The notes beneath the pieces are model-generated. The model did not search any database. It saw nothing but the letters and a program-made list of their open reading frames with translations, and was not told where the DNA came from. This document shows positions 1 to 9,740 of a DNA stretch of 47,250 nt, piece after piece (within the stretch, counting starts at the first letter, position 1; the number at the start of each line of letters is the position of its first letter). The translations under genes and the position numbers were made by a program. Source of the DNA: Verrucomicrobiota bacterium (lineage in GTDB: Bacteria > Verrucomicrobiota > Verrucomicrobiia > Limisphaerales > CANJSG01); contig JBBQXJ010000033.1 in the NCBI GenBank assembly GCA_038209745.1, positions 1 through 47,250 on the forward strand, written 5' to 3'.

Positions 1-440
1 CCGTAGGAGGAATTGGCCAGGGCGTTGTGGGCCGTCGTGTCCTGTTTTTCCGAGAGCAGCCGATGCAGCCGGTCGTAGGTGTAGGCGAAGCTGCGGGTGT
101 CGCTGGCGGGCCGGGTCTCGAAGAGGCTGGTCCTCAGTCCGGTCGGGTCCACGCCGTAGCCGTATTGCCGGAGGAGGGTCGAACCGGCGTTCCAGAGGAC
201 GTTGGTGAGGCGTTGGCGGGCGTCGTATTGGTAGAGGTTGGTGGCCACGCCGCCGCCGTAGGAAACTTTGGCCAAGCTGCCCACGCCGTCGTAGCCGTAG
301 GCGGCGGTGGAACCGTCGAGCCGCACTTGGTGGGTCTGCTGGAAGGCGGCCGAGAAGAAGCAGGGGAACGGAGCGTGTGCGTGGACGGAGGTGGCCGTCG
401 CGAGCAGCAGGAGAAAAACAAATGGCAGCCAACGCTTCAT
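1..440 (-). CDS. YD/RHS-repeat protein with N-terminal signal peptide, partial (runs off left edge; absent from the ORF track)
   Basis: Manual translation from ATG at 440: MKRWLPFVFLLLLATATSVHA...AAYGYDGVGSLAKVSYGGGVATNLYQYDARQRLTNV...FAYTYDRLHRLLSE. Repeated Y-x-YD-xxG/R-L motifs; no stop before the edge. Confidence 0.8.
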   Translation of the reverse strand, partial: MKRWLPFVFLLLLATATSVHAHAPFPCFFSAAFQQTHQVRLDGSTAAYGYDGVGSLAKVSYGGGVATNLYQYDARQRLTNVLWNAGSTLLRQYGYGVDPTGLRTSLFETRPASDTRSFAYTYDRLHRLLSEKQDTTAHNALANSSY

Positions 441-880
441 CGAGTCAGGTAGGCCCGCGACCGAACGGGAACGGTCGAAGCCATGACCGAAGGCGAACCG
501 GGCGTCCAGCGTGAAAGAATCTCCATCCCGCCCCTGCGTTGACCGGGACAGCGCCACGAGGCGGGCAAGGCGTTGGGCGGTTCAGCCTGACGTAGGCGAA
601 CTTTCCTCCCCCACCGGGAGCGTTCCTAGCCGAGGCCACCTTCGCGCAGCGAACAAAGACACTCTGGGCAACCCTCTCTGGCGACCTGGGAAGCCCACCC
701 GTTGTCCGCATCATTCTCGTTGGCATCCCGCGTGCCTGGGTCGGCGGGTGTGGAGTTCATTTCCTGGCACTGGGGGACTGGAAGTTTGCGCTGTTCGGCA
801 GCGCTGCCCTGCTTGGACGGGAGGGTTTTCGGGAGATTGAGTTTGAACAGTCGGCCGGGTCCGGGCATCTGACTTGGATT

Positions 881-1594
881 GTGGCATTGCTGGACATCGT
901 CGAACTGCGGAAGAGTTTCATCGCGCCCGATGGCGCCAGAGGTCTGGTGGTGGATGTGCCGGCCTTCGCGTTGGCGGAGAAGCAGCAGGTGGCGCTGGCG
1001 GGGCAGAGCGGTTCGGGCAAGACGACGTTCCTCAATCTCATCGCCGGTATTCTGACGCCGGACTCCGGGACGATCCGCTTGGCGGGTCAGGAAGTATCGG
1101 CCATGTCGGAATCGAAGCGCGACCGGCTGCGGGCGACCTCCATCGGCTACATTTTCCAGACCTTCAATCTGCTGCACGGCTTCACCGTGCTGGAGAACGT
1201 GGTGCTGGGGATGGCCTTTGGTCCGGGTGTCGACAGAGCCTTCGCCGAGACTCTGCTGCATCGTGTCGGACTCCAGGATCGGCTGCATCACCGGCCGCGC
1301 CAGCTTTCCACCGGGCAGCAGCAAAGGGTCGCCGTGGCCCGGGCCTTGGCCAACAGGCCCAAGCTGGTCTTGGCCGATGAGCCGACGGGAAACCTGGATC
1401 ATCGCAGCGCCGGCGAGTCCCTCGAACTCATCCGGGAAGCCTGCGCGGAGAACGGGGCGGCCCTGCTGCTGGTCAGCCATGATCGCGAGGTGTTGGGCCG
1501 GTTCGACGAGCGTCTGGACCTGGCGGAGATCAATCGGGCGGCGGCGCCTTCACCGGTGCCTCCCGACGACGGCCGGAAGGGGGCGCGGCCGTGA
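881..1594 (+). CDS. ABC transporter ATP-binding protein (LolD/MacB-type; ZrgB-like)
   Basis: Walker [10 protein letters not shown], signature [15 protein letters not shown], Walker [13 protein letters not shown]-loop VSHD; GTGA overlap with next gene. Confidence 0.95.
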   Translation: MALLDIVELRKSFIAPDGARGLVVDVPAFALAEKQQVALAGQSGSGKTTFLNLIAGILTPDSGTIRLAGQEVSAMSESKRDRLRATSIGYIFQTFNLLHGFTVLENVVLGMAFGPGVDRAFAETLLHRVGLQDRLHHRPRQLSTGQQQRVAVARALANRPKLVLADEPTGNLDHRSAGESLELIREACAENGAALLLVSHDREVLGRFDERLDLAEINRAAAPSPVPPDDGRKGARP

Positions 1595-2799
1595 CGCTCT
1601 TCGCCATCGTGCTGCGCAGCCTGAGGCAGCATCTCCTCTCCACGATCGTCACGGCCGTGTCCATCGCGATGGCCGGCGGGTTGTTGATGTCGGTCTGGGT
1701 GGTGAAGACCGAGGCGAAGAAGACCTTCACCCGGATCAACGCGGGATTCGACGCGGTGCTCGGCCCGCGCAGCTCGAAGCTCCAGCTCGTCTTGAACTCG
1801 GTCTTCCATCTGGAGGCGTCGCCGGGGCTGTTGTCGCCGCAGGACGTGGCGGACATCCGGAAGCATCCGGCGGTCGAGTTGGCGGTGCCGATCGCGGTCG
1901 GCGACAACTTCCACGGGTATCGGATCGTCGGGACGCTGACGAACATGCTGACGGATGTGGAGTATGCCGAAGGGCAGAAGTATCGGCTGGCGAGCGGGCG
2001 GATGTTCGACCCGTTGCTGCGCGAGGCGGTGGTCGGGAGTTTCGCCGCGCGCAAACTGGGATTGAAGGTCGGGGACACCTTTCATCCGTTCCACGGGCTG
2101 AACTTCGATCCCGCCGCCCAGCATGAAGAAGTCTACGTCGTGGTCGGCCTGTTGAAGCCGTCGAACACGCCGACGGACCGTGTGCTGTGGATCCCGCTGG
2201 AAGGCGTCCAGCAGATGGTCGGGCACGATCCGGCCTTTGCGGGCGAGGTCAGCGCGGTGCTGGTGAAGCTGCGGAAGGGGGCGATGCAGGCGGGGTTCCG
2301 CCTGGACACGATGTACAATAAACAGGGCGACCGGCTGACCTTCGCGTGGCCGATGGGCTCGATCATGACCCAGCTCTTCGACAAGATCGGGTGGTTCGAC
2401 CAGGTGCTGGCGCTGGTGGCGTATCTCGTGGCCCTGGTGGCGGTCGGGTCCATCTTGGCGAGCATCTACAATTCGATGAACGAGCGCCGGCGCGACATCG
2501 CGATTCTCCGTGCGCTCGGAGCCCGGCGCCGGACGATCTTCGGCACGGTGGTGCTGGAGTCGGCGGTGATCGCGGCCTTGGGCATGGTGTTGGCGTTCGG
2601 CTTCTACGGGGTGATCGTGGGAGTGGCGGCGGCGGTCATCCAGGACCAGACCGGCGTGGTGCTGGACGCGTTTTCGTGGCATGCGGTGATGCTTTGGGCC
2701 CCGGCCGGAATGATCGCCTTGGGCGCCTTGGCCGGCATGGTGCCGGCTTGGAAAGCGTATCGAACGCCGGTGGCCGAGAACTTGGTGCCCGTCTCCTGA
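1591..2799 (+). CDS. ABC transporter permease, FtsX/MacB type (ZrgC-like)
   Basis: One N-terminal TM, large periplasmic domain (SKLQLVLNSVFH, FHPFHG), NERRRDIAILRALGA motif, three C-terminal TMs. Confidence 0.92.
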   Translation: MTLFAIVLRSLRQHLLSTIVTAVSIAMAGGLLMSVWVVKTEAKKTFTRINAGFDAVLGPRSSKLQLVLNSVFHLEASPGLLSPQDVADIRKHPAVELAVPIAVGDNFHGYRIVGTLTNMLTDVEYAEGQKYRLASGRMFDPLLREAVVGSFAARKLGLKVGDTFHPFHGLNFDPAAQHEEVYVVVGLLKPSNTPTDRVLWIPLEGVQQMVGHDPAFAGEVSAVLVKLRKGAMQAGFRLDTMYNKQGDRLTFAWPMGSIMTQLFDKIGWFDQVLALVAYLVALVAVGSILASIYNSMNERRRDIAILRALGARRRTIFGTVVLESAVIAALGMVLAFGFYGVIVGVAAAVIQDQTGVVLDAFSWHAVMLWAPAGMIALGALAGMVPAWKAYRTPVAENLVPVS

Positions 2800-2802
2800 A
2801 CC

Positions 2803-3273
2803 ATGAAAACAACGACCATTTCCGCCGCCTTACTCGCCTCGCTCGTCACCGGTTGCGGCGGATCAAAACAGTCCGCCGACCATGACCACGGCGGAGAGCA
2901 CGCGCATCATGTCCACCAATCGAAGATGGGCGGACAACTGGTCGAGGTGGGAGAACACGCCTTCAACCTGGAGCTGTTGAGCGACCGATCCACGGGACAG
3001 CTGACCCTGTGGCTGCTCGACGACCACGCCGAGAGCTTCGTGCGCGTGACAAACGAGTCGTTCACCCTCCTGTTTTCCGTGGACGGCAAGGAAACGCCGC
3101 TCCAATTGAACGCTTCGGCCAATCCCGCCACCGGCGAACGGGTCGGCGAAACGGCGCAGTTCGACGGGCGGGCCGATTTCCTCAAGACGACGAACGCGCT
3201 GTCCGGCTGGTTGCCCGAACTGACGATCCGGGGTAGTGCTTTCTCGAACCTCACGTTCCAGCTCCGCCAGTAA
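2803..3273 (+). CDS. His-rich lipoprotein, putative metal binding
   Basis: Lipobox LVTGC followed by DHDHGGEHAHHVH; starts 3 nt after the permease stop. Confidence 0.8.
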   Translation: MKTTTISAALLASLVTGCGGSKQSADHDHGGEHAHHVHQSKMGGQLVEVGEHAFNLELLSDRSTGQLTLWLLDDHAESFVRVTNESFTLLFSVDGKETPLQLNASANPATGERVGETAQFDGRADFLKTTNALSGWLPELTIRGSAFSNLTFQLRQ

Positions 3274-3289
3274 GCGAATCGAACCCGAC

Positions 3290-4006
3290 ATGAAGATTTT
3301 CAAACAGACCCTTGTTCTCGGCCTCCAAGCGGGAGCCGCCCTTGTCATCGCCACCGGCTGCGGCCCCGAAGCCGCCGCGCCCGTGAAGGCGGTCCAGGCG
3401 AAAGCCGAAGTGCGGGGACAACCCATCGCGGCCAAACCCGCATCCAACGCGGCGCCCGTGTCCGTCACGACCAGCGCCAAGGCGCAGACGGCTGCGGCTG
3501 CGGGATTGATCCCGAACCAGCCGCTGGGCAACCAAGTGGTGGCCGATGCGCCTAAGAACGTGGAGGCGGGCTACACGGGGGTGGGCTTCGACACCTTGGC
3601 GGGCTATGACTTCGACTTGTCGGACGACCTTCTCTTGGCGCCGCCCGACAAATTGGCCGACGCAACCAAGAAGACGAACGGGCAGATTCCCCAGAAGATC
3701 CACGACCTCGACGCGGCCAGCGTGGCGGTAAAGGGGTTCATGCTGCCGTTGAAGGTCGACGCGGAGTCGGGGCTCGTGACCGAGTTTCTAATCATGCGCG
3801 ACCAGTCGATGTGCTGCTACGGCGCGGTGCCGAAGATCAACCAGTGGATCAGCGTCACCATGACGGGCAAGGGGGTGCGGCCGATGATGGACCAGCCGGT
3901 GACGCTCTACGGCAAACTGCACGTGGGCGAGATGAGGGAGAATGGATACCTGGTCGGCATCTACCGCTTGGACGGGGACAAGCTCGCCGGTCCGCAGGAC
4001 ATGTGA
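3290..4006 (+). CDS. DUF3299-family lipoprotein (ZrgD-like)
   Basis: Lipobox IATGC; VAVKGFMLPL...VTEFLI...MCCYGAVPKINQWI...GIYRL pattern; ATG at 3290 chosen as start. Confidence 0.8.
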   Translation: MKIFKQTLVLGLQAGAALVIATGCGPEAAAPVKAVQAKAEVRGQPIAAKPASNAAPVSVTTSAKAQTAAAAGLIPNQPLGNQVVADAPKNVEAGYTGVGFDTLAGYDFDLSDDLLLAPPDKLADATKKTNGQIPQKIHDLDAASVAVKGFMLPLKVDAESGLVTEFLIMRDQSMCCYGAVPKINQWISVTMTGKGVRPMMDQPVTLYGKLHVGEMRENGYLVGIYRLDGDKLAGPQDM

Positions 4007-4021
4007 CTCCCGGGCTAACTT

Positions 4022-4651
4022 TCAGGGCGATTGGTTCGCTTTGGGCGGCCAGACTCTGCACTCTCCGTCTCCCCACGTCTTGTGTTCGCGTTGACCCGAG
4101 CTGTTGGTGCCGATGACCGCTTTGAGGAATCCGCTCGGATACCACGCCCGGGCCTCGCCGATGGGTTGATCGTCCTTGAGCATGATCTCCTCGGCCAACT
4201 GTCCGTTCTCGTGCCAACCGTGGAAAACCCCCTGCATCTTTCCTTGGACGAGGGTCGATTCCGAGAGCTTGGCGCCGGAGAGACACCACTTCGTCCGGAC
4301 TCCGTCGGAGAGGTTTTCGTGGAAAGTTTCGGTGATCTGGAGAACACCGTTTGTTTGCCATCCCTCGGAGAGGCCTTCGAGAAGGCCACCGTACAAGGTC
4401 GCCCGGGACTTCAGCGATCCGTCGGGATACGTCTCGACCAGATGCCCGGTGAAGGGCGCCCCGGTGTTCGTCCGACAGAGGAGGCCGTCTCTCAGAACGA
4501 GCTGGTGTGGGGTGCAAGTCTCCGGTCCGTCGCTGGACGAGTTCAGCCGGAAGAGCATGCCCAGAAGCCCGACGGCGACCAACACCGTGAAGAACGGGAC
4601 TCGGACCGAATTCTTCCGGCGGGTTTTAGGATTTGGAGGCGCGAGGGACAT
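4022..4651 (-). CDS. MORN-variant repeat (YwqK-like) membrane-anchored protein
   Basis: N-terminal TM, PFTG motif, repeats such as YPDGSLK, GWQTNGVLQ, GWHENGQLA, WYPSGFLK; start position uncertain. Confidence 0.75.
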   Translation of the reverse strand: MSLAPPNPKTRRKNSVRVPFFTVLVAVGLLGMLFRLNSSSDGPETCTPHQLVLRDGLLCRTNTGAPFTGHLVETYPDGSLKSRATLYGGLLEGLSEGWQTNGVLQITETFHENLSDGVRTKWCLSGAKLSESTLVQGKMQGVFHGWHENGQLAEEIMLKDDQPIGEARAWYPSGFLKAVIGTNSSGQREHKTWGDGECRVWPPKANQSP

Positions 4652-4936
4652 TCTACCGATGGTCTGCAGGACGTTCTCTGGACGATCAGGCGGAGCGACT
4701 CGGGATCCATGTGGGGCGGCTCCGCTCCGAACAATTCGGCCCATCGGTCGAACCGCAAGCCTGATCTGGAACCTGTATCGGGACGCTGGACCCGGTATTG
4801 AGCTCCGTCGAGAGTGGAATCGAAATGGGCCGGTTCGAGGAGAGGAGTCGGTTTAGGAAGGGCTTTCGGTCGGCGTGAGGCAGCCTTGCGTAGGGTGGGT
4901 CGGTTCAGGCGAGATGGCGGCACGTCCGAGACCGTC

Positions 4937-5455
4937 ATGAACCTGCCCTATAAAATCGCCACGCTGCTCTATGCCTTCAACGGGGCCGGAGAGGTCCTGC
5001 TGATGGAGCGAGCGAAGGAACCAAACCGGGGACTCTGGAGCCCGCCGGGAGGAAAGCTCCAGACCGACCTCGGCGAATCCCCCCACGCGTGCGCCTGTCG
5101 CGAGGCGGAAGAGGAAACGGGTCTGGTGCTCGCTCCGGAAGATCTCCATCTGACCGGCCTCGTCAGCGAACACGGCTACGAGGGGACGGCCCATTGGCTG
5201 ATGTTCCTCTTCGAGGTGAAACCGCGACTCGCAGTGATTCCGCCTCCGCATCGGGAAGGACGGTTCGGGTTCTTCGGCCGTGCCGCCATGGAATCGCTCG
5301 CGCTGCCCGGGACCGATCGGGAACAGATCTGGCCTTTGTTCTGGAGGTACCGCGGAGGGTTCTTCGCCGCCCACTGCCGATGCTCGTCTGACGGGATGAA
5401 CCAATGGTCCGTCGAGCAGGCGTCCGCACCCGTGGAGAGACGGCGGGATTGGTAG
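4937..5455 (+). CDS. NUDIX hydrolase (MutT-like)
   Basis: Nudix box GGKLQTDLGESPHACACREAEEETGL; start MNLPYKIATL at 4937. Confidence 0.9.
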   Translation: MNLPYKIATLLYAFNGAGEVLLMERAKEPNRGLWSPPGGKLQTDLGESPHACACREAEEETGLVLAPEDLHLTGLVSEHGYEGTAHWLMFLFEVKPRLAVIPPPHREGRFGFFGRAAMESLALPGTDREQIWPLFWRYRGGFFAAHCRCSSDGMNQWSVEQASAPVERRRDW

Positions 5456-5540
5456 ACGTTCCATGTCGCCGAAGCCTTGTTCCTGACTCGACGTGATCGT
5501 TCGTTCGGTTTCACGGCGCGGCGGGTTCAACTCTCTGACG

Positions 5541-6338
5541 ATGCAAACCGCTGTTGAAGGCCTTGATGCCGCCGGGGCGATCATTGGCGGGGGCGTCCTG
5601 CTCCAGCGACAACGCGAGACGATCCAGCAGTTGCAGGAGGAAGTCTGGAACCTCCGGCCGTTGACGAACCGGGTGCGGCAACCGGAGGACCGAAACGCCA
5701 GGTTGGCGGGCTTGTTGCCCGGAGCCGATGAGGATGCTTCGGCGGGGACGGCGATGGATCAACTCATCCTTTTGCGCCGGCAATTGGCGGCGACTGAATC
5801 TGCGTCGACCCACGCGTTGGCTGAAGCCGTGACCGCGAGAGCCGCGACCAATGGCATGGCGAGCCACATCCATGTCGAGCTGCCGGTCAAAACCTATGGC
5901 GTCCATAGGCAGAAAACCATCGCACCCGGGTAGACCGTGCTGATGGGCGGCTGGGAAATGAATCCCGGCAAACGAACGTATGCCCTGCTGACTTTGGAAG
6001 TGAACGAATGGGGGCAGGTCGAGGCGCAGGCGAAATTCATCGAGGAATCTGCGTCGGGAATGGGCGCGCTTGGATTGCGTCCGGCCCAGGGCACGGAACT
6101 TGATGAGGCGGCCTCCGAAGTCATGACTCCTGATCAAACGAAGAAGCTTCTGAACGATTTCGAACAAATCGGAGGAGCCGACGTGCTGAGCACTCCACGG
6201 CTAACTACGCACAGCGGCCGGCAGGCCCAAATCTCTGTCCTGCGGCCAATCGAAGTGGGAACCGAAACCTACCCGACGGGTCCCAACGTTGATCTCGTGC
6301 CGACGATGCTTGCCGAGGGATTCGATTGGCGTCTTGGT
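5541..6338 (+). pseudogene. Disrupted gene: TM/coiled-coil region plus secretin-like motif, with in-frame TAG
   Basis: ORFs 5493-5933 and 5937 onward share one frame, split only by TAG at 5931-5933 (IAPG*TVLMGGW). The downstream part has DVLSTPRLTTHSGRQAQISV. No stop before the convergent GH18 gene. Confidence 0.55.
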
Positions 6339-7331
6339 TCACTGGCTGGATTCCCGGGCAGACGCCTTGTTCAGCTCTTCATGGATCGCCGCAAGGAGCG
6401 ATTTCTCGCCTTTCACGTCGTAGTCGAGCGACCAGATCATCACGCCGCCGAGACCCTGCTCCATCACATAGCGGCTCTTGGCGCGGATGGTAGGCAGGCC
6501 GTTATGCCAGACCGTCTGGCCGACTTCGTCCTTGGTTTCTGCACCGGGAAACTCGGCCAGGATCTTGTTGTAGGGATAGTCGCGGTTCTTGAAGGCGTCG
6601 CCGAAGCCGTAGCCGTAGAAGGGCACTCCGAGGACCGCGCGGTCCTTGGCCAGTCCGCGCTTGATCCAGTAGTCCACGTTGTCCCTGGCGAACTGCATGG
6701 AGGAATGTTGCCCCGGAGATTTCGGATCCCACGGTCCGGCGCCGTCGTAGGCCATGATGTTCACGAAGTCGAATTGGGCCAGGGCCGCGTCCGGCACCTT
6801 CGAGCCGCCGTAGCCCTTGGACAGCGCGCAGGTCAGGAGCTTGCCCTTCGGCCTTAGCGCGGTGGCAAGATCGGCGATGAACTTGCCGTAGTCCTCGTTG
6901 ATCGACGGTCCCTCCAGATCCACGTCCAACCCGTCGAATCCGTGCGCCTCCACATAGGCCGTGAGCTTGGCGACGAACCCCGCCCGTGGCCCGTCGGCGA
7001 TGAGGGCGAAGTAGCGCTTGAGCAGCGGCTTGTCGCTGGAGGCGGAGCCGCCGCCGATGGAGACGAGGATCTTGATCCGGTGTTCCTTGGCCTTGGCGAT
7101 GAGGACGGCGTCCTTGGGGCTGAAGGATAGGTCGCCTTCGTCGTTGATCGGGTTCTCAAACGCGACGTTGAGGTGCGTGATTTTGGCGTAGTCGATCGCC
7201 TCGGCGAACGTGGCGACATCGATCCAGTTCGGCACGTAGGCCACGACCCGGGACCCGGCCTGGGCTAGCGGCACGAAGACGGCCGCCCCGACAAGGGCGA
7301 GACCGGACAAACAACGGAGGAAACAGTTCAT
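6339..7331 (-). CDS. Secreted glycoside hydrolase family 18 (chitinase-like)
   Basis: Signal peptide, SIGG motif, catalytic FDGLDVDLE (DxxDxDxE), IMAYD, GVPFYG, GGVMIWSLDYD. Confidence 0.95.
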   Translation of the reverse strand: MNCFLRCLSGLALVGAAVFVPLAQAGSRVVAYVPNWIDVATFAEAIDYAKITHLNVAFENPINDEGDLSFSPKDAVLIAKAKEHRIKILVSIGGGSASSDKPLLKRYFALIADGPRAGFVAKLTAYVEAHGFDGLDVDLEGPSINEDYGKFIADLATALRPKGKLLTCALSKGYGGSKVPDAALAQFDFVNIMAYDGAGPWDPKSPGQHSSMQFARDNVDYWIKRGLAKDRAVLGVPFYGYGFGDAFKNRDYPYNKILAEFPGAETKDEVGQTVWHNGLPTIRAKSRYVMEQGLGGVMIWSLDYDVKGEKSLLAAIHEELNKASARESSQ

Positions 7332-7485
7332 GGCAGTATCCGAGAATTCGCGCCCGCGCGCCGCGAGACAAGCCCGGCTTGATCAAACGGATCGGGGCGA
7401 GTTTTTCAGAAGGATTCGATGCGGTGCTTGCGGTTGTGGCGTGGGATTGCGTAGGAAGACGGGGCTCGCAGCCGGACAACTCCGG

Positions 7486-7573
7486 GCCGGTGTGGCGAAA
7501 TGGCAGACGCACGGGACTTAAAATCCCGGGAGCCTCAAAACTCGTGTGGGTTCGAGTCCCACCACCGGCACCA
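7486..7573 (+). tRNA. tRNA-Leu(TAA)
   Basis: Acceptor stem GCCGGTG/CACCGGC, D-loop TGGCAGAC, anticodon arm CGGGA-CTTAAAA-TCCCG, long variable arm, GGTTCGAGTCC T-arm, encoded CCA. Confidence 0.97.
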
Positions 7574-8056
7574 CTGTTTGTTGGTTATGAGCATTGACGG
7601 AATAGATGTCCGTTTGTCCGAAGAAAGCCGAACAAGGCTGAACTACCCCGAAGATCAACCACTTACGTTTGGTTTTCTGGAGACGCCATGTCCGGAATTG
7701 GGAGCGGATATTTCCACGCTCCACCGCATGCGCTGTCTAAAAAATGCCAACGTCCAAGCTATGGCAGGGTTGGGGCCGACGCACGGCTGCTCCCTTGCCG
7801 GTGGTCGACCGATCCCAATCCACTCTGGGGCGTCCTCCAAATAGGGCCTCGAATACGCGGCCATGCTTTTCCGGGAAACTTCGAGCAGCCCGATGCGTTC
7901 TGGGGAACGAAAGGATCGATCTCCAACTTTTCCTGGCCGCCGATGTTTTCGGGGTGATTCAAGAACTCCAGTTCCACGGAGGAACCCGGGAACCGTTGTT
8001 CAAGCTCAGTGAGGGGTTGGATTTGGGCGTGGGTCTTCACTGTCCTGTTGGGAACC

Positions 8057-8819
8057 ATGCTCCTTGATCCTCGTCTTGTTCGCGTTCCGGTTCCTCCGGG
8101 CGGAGGCCGTCACGATCGGCAAGGCTGGGGACATCGCGGAGAACTTGAGCCGGATCAGCCCCGCCACCCGACAGCCCGGGCAGCTCTCCGACTTCGAGGG
8201 CAAGTTCCTCGTCCTCGACTGGTTCGCTGGGTGGTCCCGTTTTGTCCGGCGGCGGCGCCTCAGATCAAGAGCGGCATCGATCAATCCTACATTTCCGCCG
8301 AAGGCTGCCTCGCTGGCATCGAGGTTCTCCATCTTGGAGTGAACCTACAGTTTTGGCAGGAACTGCAGTCGGAGAATTTCGTCTCAAACGCCGGGTTCAA
8401 TCTCGAGTTGGCGGATTTCTCCCGGACCGTGGCCAGCCGTTTCCCAAGCACAGGACAGCCGATTATCGGCATCATCAACTGCGTGGCCAACTCGCCGAGC
8501 CAAGCGCCCGATGAAGGGCTCTACGTGCGGGCCGAGTGTGGGCAGAGACCCGCTTTCCGGTGGACAAGTTCCGGGCCGCCGTCGACTCGATGAAGGCACC
8601 GCCAACGCCGGTGACGGTCGCATCGCCAACGACCGTGGGGCAGGGGATTCTCTTCCTTCAGATCGAAACGACCCTTGGACAGACCGCCGCTGAGAATCGG
8701 CCGCCAATCTCACCGACTGGGCCTTGGTCCGGAAGCTTACCGCCACGAACGAGGCTGCCGGGTAGACCGTGACCAACAATGGAGAATCCTCCGGCCGCTA
8801 TTTCAGAATCGGCCGATAA
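8057..8819 (+). pseudogene. Frameshifted secreted TlpA/redoxin-like protein with C-terminal extension
   Basis: GDIAENL...LSDFEGKFLVLDWFAGW joins PFCPAAAPQIKSGI in another frame; a 1-nt loss near 8236 destroys a WCPFC motif. Further frameshifts and a TAG follow; ends ...SSGRYFRIGR*. Confidence 0.7.
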
Positions 8820-8886
8820 TGACGACCCTGAGGCTGGGCGTTTGGGACTCCCGCAGGATCAACGTCGATCGCGCAGATTCCCGGTT

Positions 8887-9507
8887 TCATACGCCCCAGA
8901 TCGTTTGGCGCCCCTGCACTTTGATCTCGCCCCGGGCCAAGGCCGCGACCGCCTGCGGATAGAGCCCGCGCTCCGCGACTTGGATCCGCTCATGCAGGGT
9001 CGCCGCCGTGTCGCCCTTCAGCACCGGCACCGCCGCCTGCGCGATGATCGCGCCGGTGTCCACGCCTTGATCCACGAAATGCACGGTGCAACCGGCGACC
9101 TTCACTCCGTAGTCCAGCGCCTGCTTCCACGCCTCCAACCCGGGAAACGACGGCAGCAGCGACGGATGGATGTTGATCACCCGCTGGTCGAACACCCGGA
9201 GGAAATCGCCTTTCAAGATGCGCATGAAGCCCGCCAGCACCACGAGGTCCACTTCGGCGGATCGCAGTGCTTCGAGATAGGCTGTCTCAGCGTCCTCATC
9301 GAGCTTGGTCCGGAACTTTCCCGGAGCGATGTAGCGCGCGGGCAGGTTCCGGTCGGTGGCGTATTTAAGGATGCCCGCAGTCTCCACGTCGCTGATGACG
9401 GCGACGATCTCGGCCGGAACGTGGCCGGCGGCGATGGCATCGGCGATCGCGACCATGTTGGATCCCTTGCCGGAACCGAGAATGCCGAGACGAAACGGTT
9501 TGCTCAT
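8887..9507 (-). CDS. purN: Phosphoribosylglycinamide formyltransferase
   Basis: [46 protein letters not shown] motifs. Confidence 0.97.
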   Translation of the reverse strand: MSKPFRLGILGSGKGSNMVAIADAIAAGHVPAEIVAVISDVETAGILKYATDRNLPARYIAPGKFRTKLDEDAETAYLEALRSAEVDLVVLAGFMRILKGDFLRVFDQRVINIHPSLLPSFPGLEAWKQALDYGVKVAGCTVHFVDQGVDTGAIIAQAAVPVLKGDTAATLHERIQVAERGLYPQAVAALARGEIKVQGRQTIWGV

Positions 9508-9587
9508 GACGGCCGACAGTTAACAGGGCCGTGACCCGCCAGCTCAAAGACAAACTGGAAGTCGAGCCCGGGGCCGCGCTTCGCGAG

Positions 9588-9617
9588 TTCCCCTCCTGGA
9601 GGGATCGGGGGTGGGTT
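9588..9617. repeat. Possible degenerate REP-like short palindrome
   Basis: TTCCCCTCCTGGAGGGATCGGGGGTGGGTT with CCCTCC/GGAGGG stem in the purN-moxR spacer; single copy in window. Confidence 0.3.
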
Positions 9618-9740
9618 GGCCGCGCATTCGGACTGCGCTGCGCCCTCCTCGGCTTCGCGCTCCATGACAAAACCCCGCAACACCGCGCTGGACGCGGCCG
9701 CAAAGCTCGTTACCGTCGGCCAGCAAAGCCAAGAGTTGCC

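Noticed and set aside
445..880. Riboswitch or Zur box upstream of the ABC operon
   Set aside because: No conserved riboswitch core or convincing palindrome recognised by eye; a covariance-model scan would be needed
5931..5933. Stop-codon recoding (TAG here; TGA at a Trp position near 11404)
   Set aside because: TAG and TGA terminate many intact genes in the window, and both host genes show other damage; simple nonsense mutations are more likely
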